The position numbers and the translations under genes were made by a program. The notes under the pieces are model-generated. The model ran no database searches. It was not told the DNA's origin and saw nothing but the letters and a program-made list of their open reading frames with translations. This document shows positions 62,498-64,000 of a stretch of 64,000 nt of DNA, piece by piece (position 1 is the stretch's first letter; each line of letters starts with the position of its first letter). Source of the stretch: Flaccisagitta enflata (taxonomy: Eukaryota); assembly GCA_965153355.1 (NCBI GenBank), contig OZ231126.1, positions 29,512,001 through 29,576,000 on the forward strand, read 5' to 3'.

Positions 62498-64000
62498 CTG
62501 AACAACAAAAACGACAACAATTACTTAAACAAGTATTACAAAACTTTCAATTCCGACCGGGAGGGGGGCCCGGAGCGGCAGCGGAAATGCGCGTTTTCGA
62601 CTCGTGGAAGGAAGGATGGACGAACGGATGGAAGGACGGAAGAACAGACCGATGAATGAACGAACAGAAAGAAAATCTCTGAACTTTGACGGACGGAAGG
62701 ATCGACCGAATATTAGCTTTTATTGTCGCGTGCACGCGACTGAAACGAATAAATCCACAGATCCCCGCGAAGAAGCACCTGACGAACCAATAAGGAACAA
62801 GATCACACACAAAAGAAATAAATATTTCAAATAAAGCAAAGGATTCAGTAAAACATAATCTTTGAGGCATCAGATTTCTTCGCCGCCTAATCCAGTCAAA
62901 TTTAAAGGCTTATCATTCGATTTTTATGTTTGAATTTTGTTGACACTCTCAATATTGACTCAGCTGATTTGCGTGTCATTCTGTCCGTCGATGTACCTGC
63001 GTGGGATGTTTGGTTTGTCCGTCCGTCGTCTCTTTTTGGGTGGCTTCGAATTTCACGTGCACTTTCACGATACCCCCACCTTTCATGTTCATAAATCAAT
63101 GTTTGCTAACTAATATTCCTCGATACTTGACAATAGAATGTAACCAAGATATTTCTTTACTTCAATTTATCAATGGAAAAAGAATTTACTGGAATCTAGT
63201 GTTTAAGGATAGCATGGTAAAGATTTTGAAATTCTCATAATAATCGACAATGAGCTCTCAGTGAGAACTCCCCAGAATGGAAAGAAAAGAGGAACAAGAA
63301 AATCGAGAATTTAGTAAGCCTATTTCAGCCCGGTGGACGATGAGATCATTCAAAACTGTCTCTAAGAGTGATATGAGTATCTTTTTATCAAAAGCTTGAC
63401 TGTGATGTGATTAATACTTTCATAATCTTTCCCTGCGATATCCCATTGATTCAAACTAGATCTTGACCTTCCAATTTCGACGACCGCAGTCAAAAAGAAC
63501 AAGGCCAAGTGTCCCCAGTGTGAGATTTAACGACCAGACTGAATTTGAAAATCAACCGAAACACTCAATAAAGATGGGAGGCCTTTGACATCTTCCCCGG
63601 CCGTGGTCTTAGGTATCCATCCCCGGCTAATCGATATGTCATTTGACTTACAGTAAAATTAGAGTCAACATGGTACAGTTAGAACCCACTAACGGAATTG
63701 AGGGGACCAAAAAATTGTATTCGTAATAGGCGGAATACTGTTGTAGCCAATACAAGAACTATCTCCAAAACCTTGATTTCAACGGAGAATTTTCAACTCT
63801 ATCGACCCCGTCGCGGGGGCGAATCTAAAAATAGCGACTAATGAGAGGGAAACACCGGAAAGCAATCGATATTCTGCCTTATCAGTCGATAGAAGGTTAG
63901 GAGGGAATTAACGGATTCATGAAACGCGCTTTAGAGACAAATCCGACCACTCCCCACGCATCAAGTAGATGTGGCGTTTCTCAATTACCGCAGCCATTTC

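Overview
Repeat-rich animal (invertebrate-like) genomic DNA; no prokaryotic features. All calls come from manual translation and splice-phase chaining, with no database search. Host genes: (i) the last exon of a TPR immunophilin-like gene; (ii) two exons of a VWC2/brorin-like gene; (iii) a two-exon gene with a TRIM37-type RING, coiled coil and predicted TM segments; (iv) a ~22-exon, ~1100-aa plus-strand gene (23977-59101) with a KRAP/ITPRID-like 'EDILSSLGF..IPSRF' motif; (v) three PDZ-coding exons of dlg5 on the minus strand. Nested antisense in one intron of gene (iv) are a degenerate kinase + KEN (IRE1/RNase L-type HEPN RNase, RNxxxH intact) locus and a ubiquitin-like-domain gene fragment. 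Mobile DNA: two 5'-truncated LINEs of different clades (Tx1-like; RTE/RTE-X-like), both embedded in (CT)n tracts, plus a CR1 fragment, TA-flanked MITEs, three hAT-type elements with 8-bp TSDs and ~20 Helentron-associated (HINE/DINE-1-like) elements, some with internal satellite expansions. Two tandem arrays in gene (iv) begin at exon 3' ends and multiply the 5' splice site.
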